Origin: a virus
Lineage: Duplodnaviria; Caudoviricetes
Reading direction: 5' to 3' (one strand)
DNA: 41,108 bases
Virus record (IMG/VR): IMGVR_UViG_3300034416_000067
Span: 1 to 41,108 of that record
Shown: in pieces, positions 9,272 through 17,948 of the stretch
How the letters are laid out: the number at the start of each line of letters is the position of its first letter
Numbering within the stretch: the first letter of the stretch is position 1
Program-made: the position numbers and the translations under genes
The notes under the pieces: generated by a model
Told to the model about the DNA's origin: nothing
What the model saw: only the letters and a program-made list of their open reading frames with translations
The model's database searches: none

Positions 9272-9553
9272 ATGAGAGAAAAAAACATAGAAGAAAAACT
9301 TACAAAAGTAGTGAAGTCCATGGCTGGTCTTTCTTTGAAACTGAATGTCCATGGTTTCGATGGAATGCCAGACCGCCTTGTGCTTTTACCTAATGGAAAG
9401 CTCGCTTTCATTGAACTAAAAGCACCTGGGAAGCATCCACGACCTTTGCAGGAAAAGCGAAAAAGACAACTGGAAGCGTTAGGCTTTTTAGTATTCTGCA
9501 TTGACAACGTTGAACAAATAGGAGGAATCCTTGATGAAATACAATCCTCATGA
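9272..9553 (+). CDS. VRR-NUC domain nuclease
   Basis: MREKNIE, GMPDRLVL, FIELKAPG..PRPLQ. Confidence 0.9.
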   Translation: MREKNIEEKLTKVVKSMAGLSLKLNVHGFDGMPDRLVLLPNGKLAFIELKAPGKHPRPLQEKRKRQLEALGFLVFCIDNVEQIGGILDEIQSS

Positions 9554-10892
9554 ATATCAAACCTATGCGACGAACTTTATACTGGAGCATCCGATTTCCG
9601 CAGTTTTCCTTGATATGGGACTCGGCAAGAGTGTAATAACTCTCAGTGCCGTTTTTGATCTCTGCCTTGACTGTTTCCTTATTCGAAAGGTACTTGTAAT
9701 CGCACCTCTTCGAGTTGCAAGAGATACATGGCCTTCGGAAATCGAAAAGTGGGATCACATCAAAGGATTGACATACTCTGTAGCTGTAGGAACTGAATCA
9801 GAGAGAAGAAAAGCCTTAACAAAAACTGCTGACATATACCTTATCAACCGAGAAAATGTGGAGTGGTTAGTAAACAAAAGTCATCTCCCATTTGACTATG
9901 ACATGATAGTAATCGATGAGCTTTCATCCTTCAAGGCATACAGCTCAAAACGTTTCAAGGCTCTGCGGCGTGTGCGGCCTAAGGTAAAGCGTATAGTAGG
10001 CCTGACAGGTACTCCATCGGGGAACGGATTAATGGATTTATGGGCACAAATCGGGATACTTGATATGGGTCAGAGGCTGGGGCGATTCATCACCCACTAC
10101 AGGAATAATTTCTTTAAGCCAGACAAGCGTAACCAACAGATGGTGTTTAGCTATAAACCACTATCAGGTGCAGAGGATGAAATTTATCGCTTGATTTCAG
10201 ACATCACAATCAGCATGAGAAGCACTGATTATCTTAATATGCCCGAATGCGTGATAAATGAGGTTATTGTCAGCCTTTCGGATAAAGAAAAGAAAGTTTA
10301 CGACACTATGAAGAAGGACATGATCCTTTCACTTAAAGGGTTGGAGATTGATGCCGGAAGCGCAGCAAGTCTATCCAACAAACTCCTTCAAATGGCCAAC
10401 GGAGCTGTTTACGCAGACGACGGTTCCGTAGTTAATATACATGACAGAAAGTTGGAAATCCTGGACGAGCTAATCGAAGCTGCAAACGGAAAGCCTGTGC
10501 TGATTGCCTACTGGTATAAACATGACCTTGAGAGAATACAAAAACGCTTCTCTGCTACAAAGTTAGACACTTCTGAATCTATAAAGAGATGGAATGAAGG
10601 TAAAATACCGATTGCAGTAATACATCCAGCTTCTGCTGGACACGGATTGAACCTGCAAGCTGGAGGTTCAACTCTTATTTGGTACGGTTTGACATGGAGT
10701 CTTGAGCTTTATCAGCAAACAAATGCAAGGCTCTGGCGACAAGGTCAAAAGGAAACGGTAGTTATTCACCATCTTGTTGCTAAAGAAACAATCGATGAGA
10801 GAGTAATAAAAGCTCTTAAGAGCAAGGACAGCACGCAGGCTGCTTTAATCGATGCAGTCAAAGCGACACTAAAAGGAGAGACGAACGTATGA
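9531..10892 (+). CDS. SNF2-family helicase
   Basis: DMGLGKS, VIDELS, GLTGTP, GHGLNLQ, QTNARLWRQGQ. Confidence 0.92.
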   Translation: MMKYNPHEYQTYATNFILEHPISAVFLDMGLGKSVITLSAVFDLCLDCFLIRKVLVIAPLRVARDTWPSEIEKWDHIKGLTYSVAVGTESERRKALTKTADIYLINRENVEWLVNKSHLPFDYDMIVIDELSSFKAYSSKRFKALRRVRPKVKRIVGLTGTPSGNGLMDLWAQIGILDMGQRLGRFITHYRNNFFKPDKRNQQMVFSYKPLSGAEDEIYRLISDITISMRSTDYLNMPECVINEVIVSLSDKEKKVYDTMKKDMILSLKGLEIDAGSAASLSNKLLQMANGAVYADDGSVVNIHDRKLEILDELIEAANGKPVLIAYWYKHDLERIQKRFSATKLDTSESIKRWNEGKIPIAVIHPASAGHGLNLQAGGSTLIWYGLTWSLELYQQTNARLWRQGQKETVVIHHLVAKETIDERVIKALKSKDSTQAALIDAVKATLKGETNV

Positions 10893-10981
10893 AAAATAGA
10901 TTCTACTGCAAGAACAAAATCAGAACACCTGTTCACAATGTTGATAAAACTGTGGATAAGTTGTTGGTCATATGTGAGTAA
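10889..10981 (+). CDS. Possible 30-aa micro-ORF spanning the DnaA boxes
   Basis: ATGA overlap with the helicase stop and AAGGAG RBS; MKNRFYCKNKIRTPVHNVDKTVDKLLVICE. Confidence 0.35.
   Translation: MKNRFYCKNKIRTPVHNVDKTVDKLLVICE
10929..10959. promoter_or_regulatory. DnaA-box cluster
   Basis: TGTGGATAA (perfect) 10951-10959, TGTTGATAA (1 mismatch) 10939-10947, opposed CTGTTCACA 10929-10937. Confidence 0.55.
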
Positions 10982-11000
10982 TAATTATGGAGGCGATAGA

Positions 11001-11255
11001 ATGAACGAGCAAACTAAAGTAAGCAAAAAATGTTATGCAAACAAAGGCGGGAATAAGTGTAGAATTTTAATAACGAATAAATGCCCAGGATCAGCATGTT
11101 CCTTTTTCAAAACAAGTATTCAGCACAAAGAGTCATGCAGAAATGCTATAATAAGATTACAAAGTTTAGAAAAGGTTGAACAACAGTACATCGCAGATAA
11201 ATATTATTCAGGTAAAAAGGTGTGGCTGAAGGGAGTGATGGAGTGTGACAACTAA
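11001..11255 (+). CDS. Cys-rich hypothetical phage protein, 84 aa
   Basis: GGAGG RBS; C...C...C...CSFFK pattern. Confidence 0.7.
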   Translation: MNEQTKVSKKCYANKGGNKCRILITNKCPGSACSFFKTSIQHKESCRNAIIRLQSLEKVEQQYIADKYYSGKKVWLKGVMECDN

Positions 11256-11673
11256 GGACTATCTTGCACAGGCTTACCGCATAGATCAGAGAATAAACAG
11301 CAAGCTTGAACAGATATCTTCTCTGAGGGAGCTGGCTACAAAAGCAACATCAACTCTATCGGATATGCCTCATAGTCCCAACAGGAGCACCGGCTCAATG
11401 GAAAACATAATCATAAAAATGATTGACTTGGAGAATGAGATTAACACAGACATCGATACCTTAATTGATTTAAAGAGAGATATCGTTAAAATAATCAAAG
11501 GAATACAGAATCCAGAATATCAAACTCTGTTAGAGTTAAGATACCTTTGCTTCAGTAGCTGGGAACAAATAGCTGTTGATATGGGGTATGATTTAAGATA
11601 CTTATATAAAATACATGGCCGGGCGGTTGAACAATGTGACAGTTATATAAAAGAGGACACTAAAAGACATTAA
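11245..11673 (+). CDS. ArpU/RinA-like (DUF1492) late transcriptional activator
   Basis: LLELRYLCFSSWEQIAVDMGY HTH; position at the end of the early operon. Confidence 0.85.
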   Translation: MTTKDYLAQAYRIDQRINSKLEQISSLRELATKATSTLSDMPHSPNRSTGSMENIIIKMIDLENEINTDIDTLIDLKRDIVKIIKGIQNPEYQTLLELRYLCFSSWEQIAVDMGYDLRYLYKIHGRAVEQCDSYIKEDTKRH

Positions 11674-11770
11674 AAGACACTCGGAAAGTATGATACTATT
11701 ATAATTACAGAGGAATATTGAAAGAGCCTTCGCAGTATAAATGCGAGGGCTTTCTTTATGGCCAAAAGGA
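11646..11770 (+). repeat. 125-bp direct repeat copy 1 (late promoter plus hairpin)
   Basis: Matches 12033-12157 with 3 substitutions; GACAY at 10-bp period (11656, 11666, 11676), -10-like hexamers, GCCTTCGCA/TGCGAGGGC hairpin with T tract. Confidence 0.95.
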
Positions 11771-11835
11771 AATAGATGCATTTCAATAACCTATGAGGTG
11801 TAACGACCTTTATAGAGGTTGAGAGGAGTATAGCA

Positions 11836-11916
11836 ATGAGTGGATTTTTGTTCGGAGTGATGTTCGGATTGGTAGTTGGGATAATCACTATGGCTATCTT
11901 TTCGATATCAAATTGA
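11836..11916 (+). CDS. 26-aa hydrophobic GxxxG micro-peptide
   Basis: GAGAGGAG RBS; MSGFLFGVMFGLVVGIITMAIFSISN. Confidence 0.65.
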   Translation: MSGFLFGVMFGLVVGIITMAIFSISN

Positions 11917-11931
11917 GAGGTTGAATATAAG

Positions 11932-12021
11932 TTGAATTTTATATTCGGAAGTTTTGTTGGAAGTTTCGTCGGACTTATGGGAACTGCATATTATGTTTCT
12001 AAATCCACGAGAATGCATTAA
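11932..12021 (+). CDS. 29-aa hydrophobic GxxxG micro-peptide (TTG start)
   Basis: GAGGT RBS; MNFIFGSFVGSFVGLMGTAYYVSKSTRMH, similar to the preceding peptide. Confidence 0.55.
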   Translation: MNFIFGSFVGSFVGLMGTAYYVSKSTRMH

Positions 12022-12032
12022 AGAGATCGGTT

Positions 12033-12157
12033 TATAAAAGAGGACACTAAAAGACATTAAAAGACACTCGGAAAGTATGATACTATTATAATTACAGAGG
12101 AATATAGAAAGTGCCTTCGCAGTAGAAATGCGAGGGCTTTCTTTATGGCCAAAAGGA
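12033..12157 (+). repeat. 125-bp direct repeat copy 2 (late promoter upstream of HNH)
   Basis: Matches 11646-11770 and runs into the AGGAGG RBS of the HNH gene. Confidence 0.95.
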
Positions 12158-12166
12158 GGAGCAAGC

Positions 12167-12517
12167 ATGCCAATGAAACCGAAGAAGCCCTGCAAGCGTG
12201 CAGGATGTCCTTTTTTAACATCTGAGACATACTGCGAATACCATGCAAAAGTGCATGCTGAGAGACCTTCCGCAAGAGACCGCGGCTATGATAGCAAGTG
12301 GAGAACAGCGAGCAAGCGGTTCTTGAAAGCAAATCCATTGTGTAAGTATTGTGAAAGAAAAGGGAAGATAACTTCAGCGACTGTTGTTGATCATATCATT
12401 CCTCATCGAGGAGACAAGGTTCTGTTTTGGGATGAGAACAACTGGCAGCCGCTCTGCAAAAGGTGTCACGATAGGAAAACGAGGACTGAGGATCAGCATC
12501 CTGAATATAAATATTGA
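12167..12517 (+). CDS. HNH endonuclease (HK97 gp74-like terminase cofactor)
   Basis: RGYDSKW, PLCKYC, VVDHIIPHRGD, NWQPLCKRCHDRKT. Confidence 0.92.
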   Translation: MPMKPKKPCKRAGCPFLTSETYCEYHAKVHAERPSARDRGYDSKWRTASKRFLKANPLCKYCERKGKITSATVVDHIIPHRGDKVLFWDENNWQPLCKRCHDRKTRTEDQHPEYKY

Positions 12518-12529
12518 TGTGCCTAAAAC

Positions 12530-12625
12530 GGCCCCCCTAGGGCGGTCAAAATCGCTACAATCAAGGCCTGGAGGACCGCGCGCCCCTCTCGCGTGAAATT
12601 TCGCAGAATTTGACAAGGGGGGTTA
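12530..12625. other. Putative cos (cohesive end) region
   Basis: GC-rich island (GACCGCGCGCCCC) directly after HNH, with repeated GCGAAAT-like words downstream. Confidence 0.5.
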
Positions 12626-12785
12626 TCGCTTACGGTTACAAATAACTGGCGAGGCCTTTAACCAGCAGGGTTTTGCTTAACTTTAGAATTGCGAAATTGT
12701 TATTCTAAGATAATGCGCGAAATGCCTCGCAAGCGTTGCAATCAGTAGGGTTTAAGAAGTTTAGGTGATGAATGAAAAATATTGT

Positions 12786-12833
12786 AAAAAGCGTCAAAAC
12801 AGCTTGAAAACAGCTGTTTTAGGCGCTTTTTTT
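12786..12833 (+). terminator. Intrinsic terminator
   Basis: AAAAAGCGTCAAAACAGCT / AGCTGTTTTAGGCGCTTTTT stem followed by a T run. Confidence 0.75.
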
Positions 12834-12873
12834 ATGCGCTTTTTCATACATTGTTCGCAGAAAGGAGATTCAA

Positions 12874-13311
12874 ATGACAGAGATTGATAAACAACAAATA
12901 CATGACCTTCGCCTTAAAGGGATTGGATACAAAGCAATCGCTGCAATCCTTGGTATATCGAGAGATAGTATACGCGGGTATTGCACAAGGAACGGTCTTG
13001 ATGGAGATTCAAAGGTTGTGGCCCTGAATGTTGAGGAACAGGTAAAGAATAATCTTCTTTGCGCTTGCTGTAATAAACCTATCAATCAAAATGAGCGAGG
13101 CAGAACACGAAGATTTTGCTCAGATGAGTGCCGGAGGAAGTGGTGGAAAGAGAATCCACACAATCGGATTAAAAATGAAAAAGCCACATACAAATACACC
13201 TGTCCCAATTGCGGAACTGAATTCAGTTCTTACGGAAACAAGAACCGCAAATATTGCAGTCATAATTGCTATATAAAATCTAGATTTTGGAGTGAAGAAG
13301 ATGGAATTTAA
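12874..13311 (+). CDS. HTH plus zinc-finger phage protein
   Basis: GYKAIAAILGIS HTH; CACC...RFCSDECR; CPNCG...KYCSHNCY. Confidence 0.8.
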   Translation: MTEIDKQQIHDLRLKGIGYKAIAAILGISRDSIRGYCTRNGLDGDSKVVALNVEEQVKNNLLCACCNKPINQNERGRTRRFCSDECRRKWWKENPHNRIKNEKATYKYTCPNCGTEFSSYGNKNRKYCSHNCYIKSRFWSEEDGI

Positions 13312-14545
13312 AAAGTTGAAGATAGAAGAGCTTATACCGGCATCATATAATCCAAGGAAAAAACTGAAGCCAGGAGATAACGAATTTGAAAAAATTAAAA
13401 ACAGCATTGCTGAGTTCGGGTACGTGGATCCGGTGATCGTGAATAAAGACATGACTGTTATCGGCGGCCATCAAAGACTCACAGTTCTTAAAGAACTTGG
13501 CTACGCAGAAATAGACTGTGTTGTGATCGACATAGACAAGACCAAAGAGAAAGCATTAAACATTGCGCTTAATAAAATCAGCGGAGAATGGAATAAGGAA
13601 CTCTTAGGCGATCTTATAAAGGACTTGCAATCACTGGACTATGACATCGGATTTACAGGTTTCGATCCGCCTGAGATTGATCAGCTCTTCAGTGATTTAC
13701 ATGACAAGGAAATCAAAGAAGATGAATTTGACCTTTCAAAGGCCCTTGAAGAAGCTGCCTTTGTTAAGCGAGGAGAGGTCTGGACAGTTGGAAGGCACAG
13801 GTTAATGTGCGGGGATGCGACATGTGCAGAAGATGTTGCCAAGTTGGCTGGAGGAAGAAAGGTTAATCTAGTCGTCACTGACTTGCCTTATGGTGTTTCC
13901 TATACAGGCGGAACAGGTTTAAAGATTCAAAATGATGATCTCAAGGGTGAGGAGTTCTACAACTTCATCCTGGCATCTTTTAGGAACATGGCAGAGAACA
14001 TGGATGCCGGTGCTTCAATTTATGTGTTTCACGCAGATACTGAAGGGCTTAATTTCAGGCGCGCCTTTGTGGATGCTGGATTTCACCTGAGTGGTGTTTG
14101 CATCTGGAAGAAGAACTCTCTTGTCCTTGGAAGGAGCCCATACAACTGGATCCATGAACCAATATTGTTCGGTTGGTTAAAGGGCGGCAAGCACAAATGG
14201 TACACAGGAAGAGCCGAAACAACAGTTTGGAATTACGATAAACCTAAGAAAAATGAGAATCATCCGACCGAGAAGCCAATAAACCTCTTATCATATCCGA
14301 TCAAAAACTCATCACAAGTCAACGGAATAGTCATGGATAATTTTCTTGGATCCGGATCAACTCTCATAGCCTGCGAGCAGACTGACAGGATTTGTTTTGG
14401 GATGGACCTTGACGAGAAATATGCGAGTGTCGCTTTGAGAAGATATGTAGAATTTACTGGTTCTGATGCAGGGGTGTTCGTTGAAAGAAACGGAGAGAAG
14501 ATTCCTTATGCAGATTTAGTTAAGGAAGTAGCCACTAAAAAATAA
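13301..14545 (+). CDS. ParB-N domain fused to an N6/N4 DNA methyltransferase
   Basis: YNPRK/VIGGHQR ParB motif; TDLPY catalytic motif; HPTEKP; DNFLGSGST SAM-binding motif. Confidence 0.9.
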   Translation: MEFKKLKIEELIPASYNPRKKLKPGDNEFEKIKNSIAEFGYVDPVIVNKDMTVIGGHQRLTVLKELGYAEIDCVVIDIDKTKEKALNIALNKISGEWNKELLGDLIKDLQSLDYDIGFTGFDPPEIDQLFSDLHDKEIKEDEFDLSKALEEAAFVKRGEVWTVGRHRLMCGDATCAEDVAKLAGGRKVNLVVTDLPYGVSYTGGTGLKIQNDDLKGEEFYNFILASFRNMAENMDAGASIYVFHADTEGLNFRRAFVDAGFHLSGVCIWKKNSLVLGRSPYNWIHEPILFGWLKGGKHKWYTGRAETTVWNYDKPKKNENHPTEKPINLLSYPIKNSSQVNGIVMDNFLGSGSTLIACEQTDRICFGMDLDEKYASVALRRYVEFTGSDAGVFVERNGEKIPYADLVKEVATKK

Positions 14546-14561
14546 GGGGGCATGATCAAGA

Positions 14562-14738
14562 ATGTTTGACAAGAAGACTAAACAAATTGCTTTCATAAAG
14601 AAAGTTGCAATGTACAATCAGGTACTGACAAAGCAGCAAAGAAGAACTCTTATAGGGCAAGCCACAAAGGGAGAAGTTGAAGCTGCAGAGAAGGGGCTTT
14701 CAAAGATCCTTAAAAGGAGAAGTATTGCAGTGAATTAA
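14562..14738 (+). CDS. Small phage hypothetical protein, 58 aa (not in the ORF track)
   Basis: MFDKKTKQIAFIKKVAMYNQVLTKQQRRTLIGQATKGEVEAAEKGLSKILKRRSIAVN. Confidence 0.6.
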   Translation: MFDKKTKQIAFIKKVAMYNQVLTKQQRRTLIGQATKGEVEAAEKGLSKILKRRSIAVN

Positions 14739-14838
14739 ATTGAAGATGTTTTTGTGCGATAAAGTGCAAGAGACTGTCAGAGATTAAGAAAATTCTATTT
14801 AATTGTGTTAGCTTAATGTTAATATTAGTCAATAAAGG

Positions 14839-14868
14839 TTTACATTGAAAGTGAAAATGATATATAAT
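14839..14868 (+). promoter_or_regulatory. SigA-type promoter of hcp
   Basis: TTTACA-18 nt-TATAAT in an AT-rich intergenic region. Confidence 0.55.
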
Positions 14869-14956
14869 TTTAAATAGTGAAAATATTAAAAATAATTACG
14901 AAAGGAGGACAAGTCAAATATATTTTACTGTTTAAAATCGAAGGAGGTAAGTCATA

Positions 14957-16543
14957 ATGTCAAATATGTTTTGTTTTCAATGTGAACAAACAGCCAGAGG
15001 AGTAGCATGTGAAGGTGCAGCAGGTGTATGTGGGAAAAAGGCAGACACTGCAAACTTGCAGGACAAATTAACAGGTGCATTAATAGGACTAGCAGTTGCT
15101 GCAAAGTGCGCTGAACCAAATGCTGAGACTGATAGAGTAGTGATGGAAGGCTTATTTACAGATGTAACGAACGTTAACTTCGATAATGAATCATTGGAAA
15201 AGCAAATTGCAAAAACTCATGCGACAACTGCTGAACTTGAAAAACGATGCACTTGTGGTTCAGAATGCAAAACCCCTGAGGATTATGACATGGAAAAACT
15301 CTGGGGAGATAATGAAGATATCAGATCTCTTAAGACTTTGATTCTTTTGGGTTTAAGAGGAATGGGAGCATACGCATATCACGCCATGGTGCTCGGATAT
15401 ACTGACCCTGAGGTTAACGAGTTCTTTTATACAGGACTTAGAGCCTTAGGAGAACCAGGAACAGCAGATACACTTCTGCCGCTAGTACTTAAAACAGGCG
15501 AAGTTAACTTGAAGTGCATGGCTCTTCTTGATAAAGCGAACACAGAAACATACGGTACACCGGTCCCTACAGTAGTACCTCTTGCTATAGAAAAAGGACC
15601 TTTTATAGTAATAACTGGACATGACCTTTATGACCTTGAGCAGCTTCTTAAGCAGACTGAAGGCAAAGGTATAAACATATATACTCATGGCGAAATGCTG
15701 CCAGCGCATGCTTATCCGAAACTCAAAGCCTACAAACACCTAAAAGGCAATTTCGGAACAGCATGGCAGAATCAGCAGAAAGAGTTTGACAACATTCCTG
15801 GAGCTATCCTCTTCACTACAAATTGCATTATGCCTGTAAAGGATAGCTATAAGGATAGAGTATTCACGACAGAGGTCGTACAATATCCCGGCTTGATTCA
15901 CATAGGCGAAGACAAAGATTTCGCACCAGTTATCAAAAAGGCGCTTGAACTTGGCGGCTACAAAGAAGACCATGAGATGACTGGAATCAATGGAGGAAAG
16001 ACTGTAACGGTCGGCTTCGGAAGAGGAACAGTTCTTTCAGTAGCAGACAAAGTTATTGACGCAGTGAAGGCTGGAGCTATCAAACACTTCTTCCTAGTTG
16101 GAGGTTGTGATGGAGCTAAACCTGGTAGAAACTACTATACTGATTTCGTAAAGCTGACACCACCTGATACAGTTATATTGACGCTTGCTTGTGGCAAATT
16201 CAGGTTCAACGACCTCGATATTGGTGAAATTGGTGGACTCCCAAGGATAATGGATATGGGGCAGTGCAACGATGCATACAGCGCAATTATGGTTGCGGTT
16301 GCTCTTGCAGACGCATTCAAGTGCGGTGTTAATGATCTTCCACTATCAATGGTTCTTTCCTGGTACGAGCAGAAGGCGGTTGTTATACTCCTTACACTGC
16401 TCCACCTTGGAATAAAGAATATTTACCTAGGACCATCACTTCCAGCTTTCATATCGCCTAATGTTCTTGATATCCTAGTTAAGAATTACAACATAACACC
16501 GATATCAACACCAGAAGAGGATTTGAAAAAGATTCTTGGATAA
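14957..16543 (+). CDS. hcp: Hybrid cluster protein / hydroxylamine reductase (prismane)
   Basis: MFCFQCEQTA..C...GVCGK Fe-S motif; TGHDL, THGEM, TTNC, GCDG, GQCND, WYEQKA cluster-ligand motifs. Confidence 0.97.
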   Translation: MSNMFCFQCEQTARGVACEGAAGVCGKKADTANLQDKLTGALIGLAVAAKCAEPNAETDRVVMEGLFTDVTNVNFDNESLEKQIAKTHATTAELEKRCTCGSECKTPEDYDMEKLWGDNEDIRSLKTLILLGLRGMGAYAYHAMVLGYTDPEVNEFFYTGLRALGEPGTADTLLPLVLKTGEVNLKCMALLDKANTETYGTPVPTVVPLAIEKGPFIVITGHDLYDLEQLLKQTEGKGINIYTHGEMLPAHAYPKLKAYKHLKGNFGTAWQNQQKEFDNIPGAILFTTNCIMPVKDSYKDRVFTTEVVQYPGLIHIGEDKDFAPVIKKALELGGYKEDHEMTGINGGKTVTVGFGRGTVLSVADKVIDAVKAGAIKHFFLVGGCDGAKPGRNYYTDFVKLTPPDTVILTLACGKFRFNDLDIGEIGGLPRIMDMGQCNDAYSAIMVAVALADAFKCGVNDLPLSMVLSWYEQKAVVILLTLLHLGIKNIYLGPSLPAFISPNVLDILVKNYNITPISTPEEDLKKILG

Positions 16544-16565
16544 TTAAAATTCTTATAAAGTAAAA

Positions 16566-16614
16566 ACTGAAGGTTTATCTCAGGTTTGATCCTGAGGTAA
16601 ACCTTCAGTCTTTT
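16566..16614 (+). terminator. Intrinsic terminator of hcp
   Basis: 19-bp stem 16566-16584/16591-16609 followed by CTTTT. Confidence 0.85.
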
Positions 16615-16638
16615 ATAGCTAAATTGTTGTAAATTAAG

Positions 16639-16668
16639 TTGCTATTGTATGTGTTTTGAGTGATATAT
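16639..16668 (+). promoter_or_regulatory. Promoter-like motif TTG-N16-GAGTGATATAT, copy 1
   Basis: Same motif and spacing at 38482-38511. Confidence 0.55.
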
Positions 16669-16693
16669 AGACTACCACAAAATACAGGAGGTA

Positions 16694-16924
16694 GTGAATA
16701 TGCAAAAAGGAGATTATCTATTAAACAAAGACGGCAGCAAGGTATATCAGATCGTAGGAAGGTATGATAGGGATGTCGTATTGGCGATTATAAGCGAAGA
16801 CTCTGATGAGGTACTTATCTATGGCGCAGCAGAACTTGAGGGACTGATTTCAGAAGGTCATTTCAGAAAACTTCACAAGACCGGAATCAAAGTATATGAG
16901 GAAGGTGGAATGAAGGATGAATAG
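16694..16924 (+). CDS. Hypothetical protein
   Basis: AGGAGGT RBS; coupled to the next gene. Confidence 0.65.
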   Translation: MNMQKGDYLLNKDGSKVYQIVGRYDRDVVLAIISEDSDEVLIYGAAELEGLISEGHFRKLHKTGIKVYEEGGMKDE

Positions 16925-17675
16925 AAAAGAGATTGTCCAAAGGCTCGGCGAAATTCTGAACACTAAGCCTAAGTACCTTGGCGCTCCAAGTTTTGGCTAC
17001 GAAGTATCAACTGAAAACGAAACCTATAGAATCGACAAAGAAGGCCTGATCAGAAATTCTAACGGTGAAGAAGTCACGATTGAAATGATATTAAATCCGC
17101 CGGAGAATGTAGCAAATGAGATAATCTCAGACTACAGTCAGCTGGAAGATGGACTTGAAGTTGAGTTCTCTTTTGAAGGGCACACCGGAATAACACTAAG
17201 AAACATCGTGAACATGATTGCCAGCAAGCAAAAGCTGATAATGAATGCCTTCAATTCCATGCAAGAATTCGTCGAAGAAAGTTTTGCAGAAATCTTGAAT
17301 CAACTTGAAGTCGAGACAATAGAACAGTTCAAAGACGCATATCTAAAATGCAGACCTGAAAGGTGTTCTGGAATAGAATTTGACTTTGATGCAAAAACCT
17401 TTGTCCTGAAGCTGGATGTTAACAATCTTGATAAGAACAAGGTAGATGCATTCTATAACTTGGTGTTTCTAATTAACGAAAACGCTAAGAGGCTGAAGCA
17501 TACGACTTTCAAACCAGCTCAGGATGAAAATCCTAAATACGCATTCAGGACATGGCTTATAAGGCTAGGCATGAATGGACCTAAGTACAAAAACTCGAGG
17601 AAGACTTTACTAGAGGCACTAGAAGGCAGCAGTGCTTTCAGAAATCCGAAGGGAGATGCGAAAGATGAAGGATAA
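16917..17675 (+). CDS. Phage 'virulence-related' protein with amidoligase-like C-terminus
   Basis: KYLGAPSFGYEV; ENPKYAFRTWLIRLG...LEGSSAFR. Confidence 0.7.
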   Translation: MNRKEIVQRLGEILNTKPKYLGAPSFGYEVSTENETYRIDKEGLIRNSNGEEVTIEMILNPPENVANEIISDYSQLEDGLEVEFSFEGHTGITLRNIVNMIASKQKLIMNAFNSMQEFVEESFAEILNQLEVETIEQFKDAYLKCRPERCSGIEFDFDAKTFVLKLDVNNLDKNKVDAFYNLVFLINENAKRLKHTTFKPAQDENPKYAFRTWLIRLGMNGPKYKNSRKTLLEALEGSSAFRNPKGDAKDEG

Positions 17676-17874
17676 GTTTTTTACTCAGAAGTATTGCGAC
17701 AGATGCGGAGGCAGCCTTGAAAGTGGGCAGATTATGTCGACATTCAACAGCCAATGCATATGCATGAACTGCAAGGAGAAAGAAAAGCAGGACAAAGATT
17801 ACGACAAAGCGGTTCAGGCAGAACACGAGGAAATGAAAAAAGGAAATTACAACTACAAGGGCCTCAAGGGATAA
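17665..17874 (+). CDS. Small zinc-ribbon phage protein
   Basis: CDRCG...ICMNC. Confidence 0.7.
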   Translation: MKDKFFTQKYCDRCGGSLESGQIMSTFNSQCICMNCKEKEKQDKDYDKAVQAEHEEMKKGNYNYKGLKG

Positions 17875-17887
17875 ATGAAATTTGAGT

Positions 17888-17914
17888 AGAGTCTATCACA
17901 AGATAGGCTCTTTT
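17888..17914 (+). terminator. Intrinsic terminator
   Basis: AGAGTCTATC-acaa-GATAGGCTCT followed by a T run. Confidence 0.7.
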
Positions 17915-17948
17915 CTTACGGAAAATAGCTGAAAGGGAGGTGATACCC

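Noticed and set aside
11651-11680. CRISPR-like mini-array
   Set aside because: 10-bp tandem units without spacers; better explained as activator-binding boxes
11670-12338. Minus-strand ORFs sharing the C-terminus IIIVSYFPSVF
   Set aside because: By-product of the direct repeat read antisense; no RBS or recognisable family
12610-12645. SigA promoter at a perfect TTGACA
   Set aside because: No acceptable -10 at 16-18 nt spacing
13870-13895. Inactive methyltransferase because of DLPY instead of DPPY
   Set aside because: DLPY is a known natural variant of motif IV and the other motifs are intact
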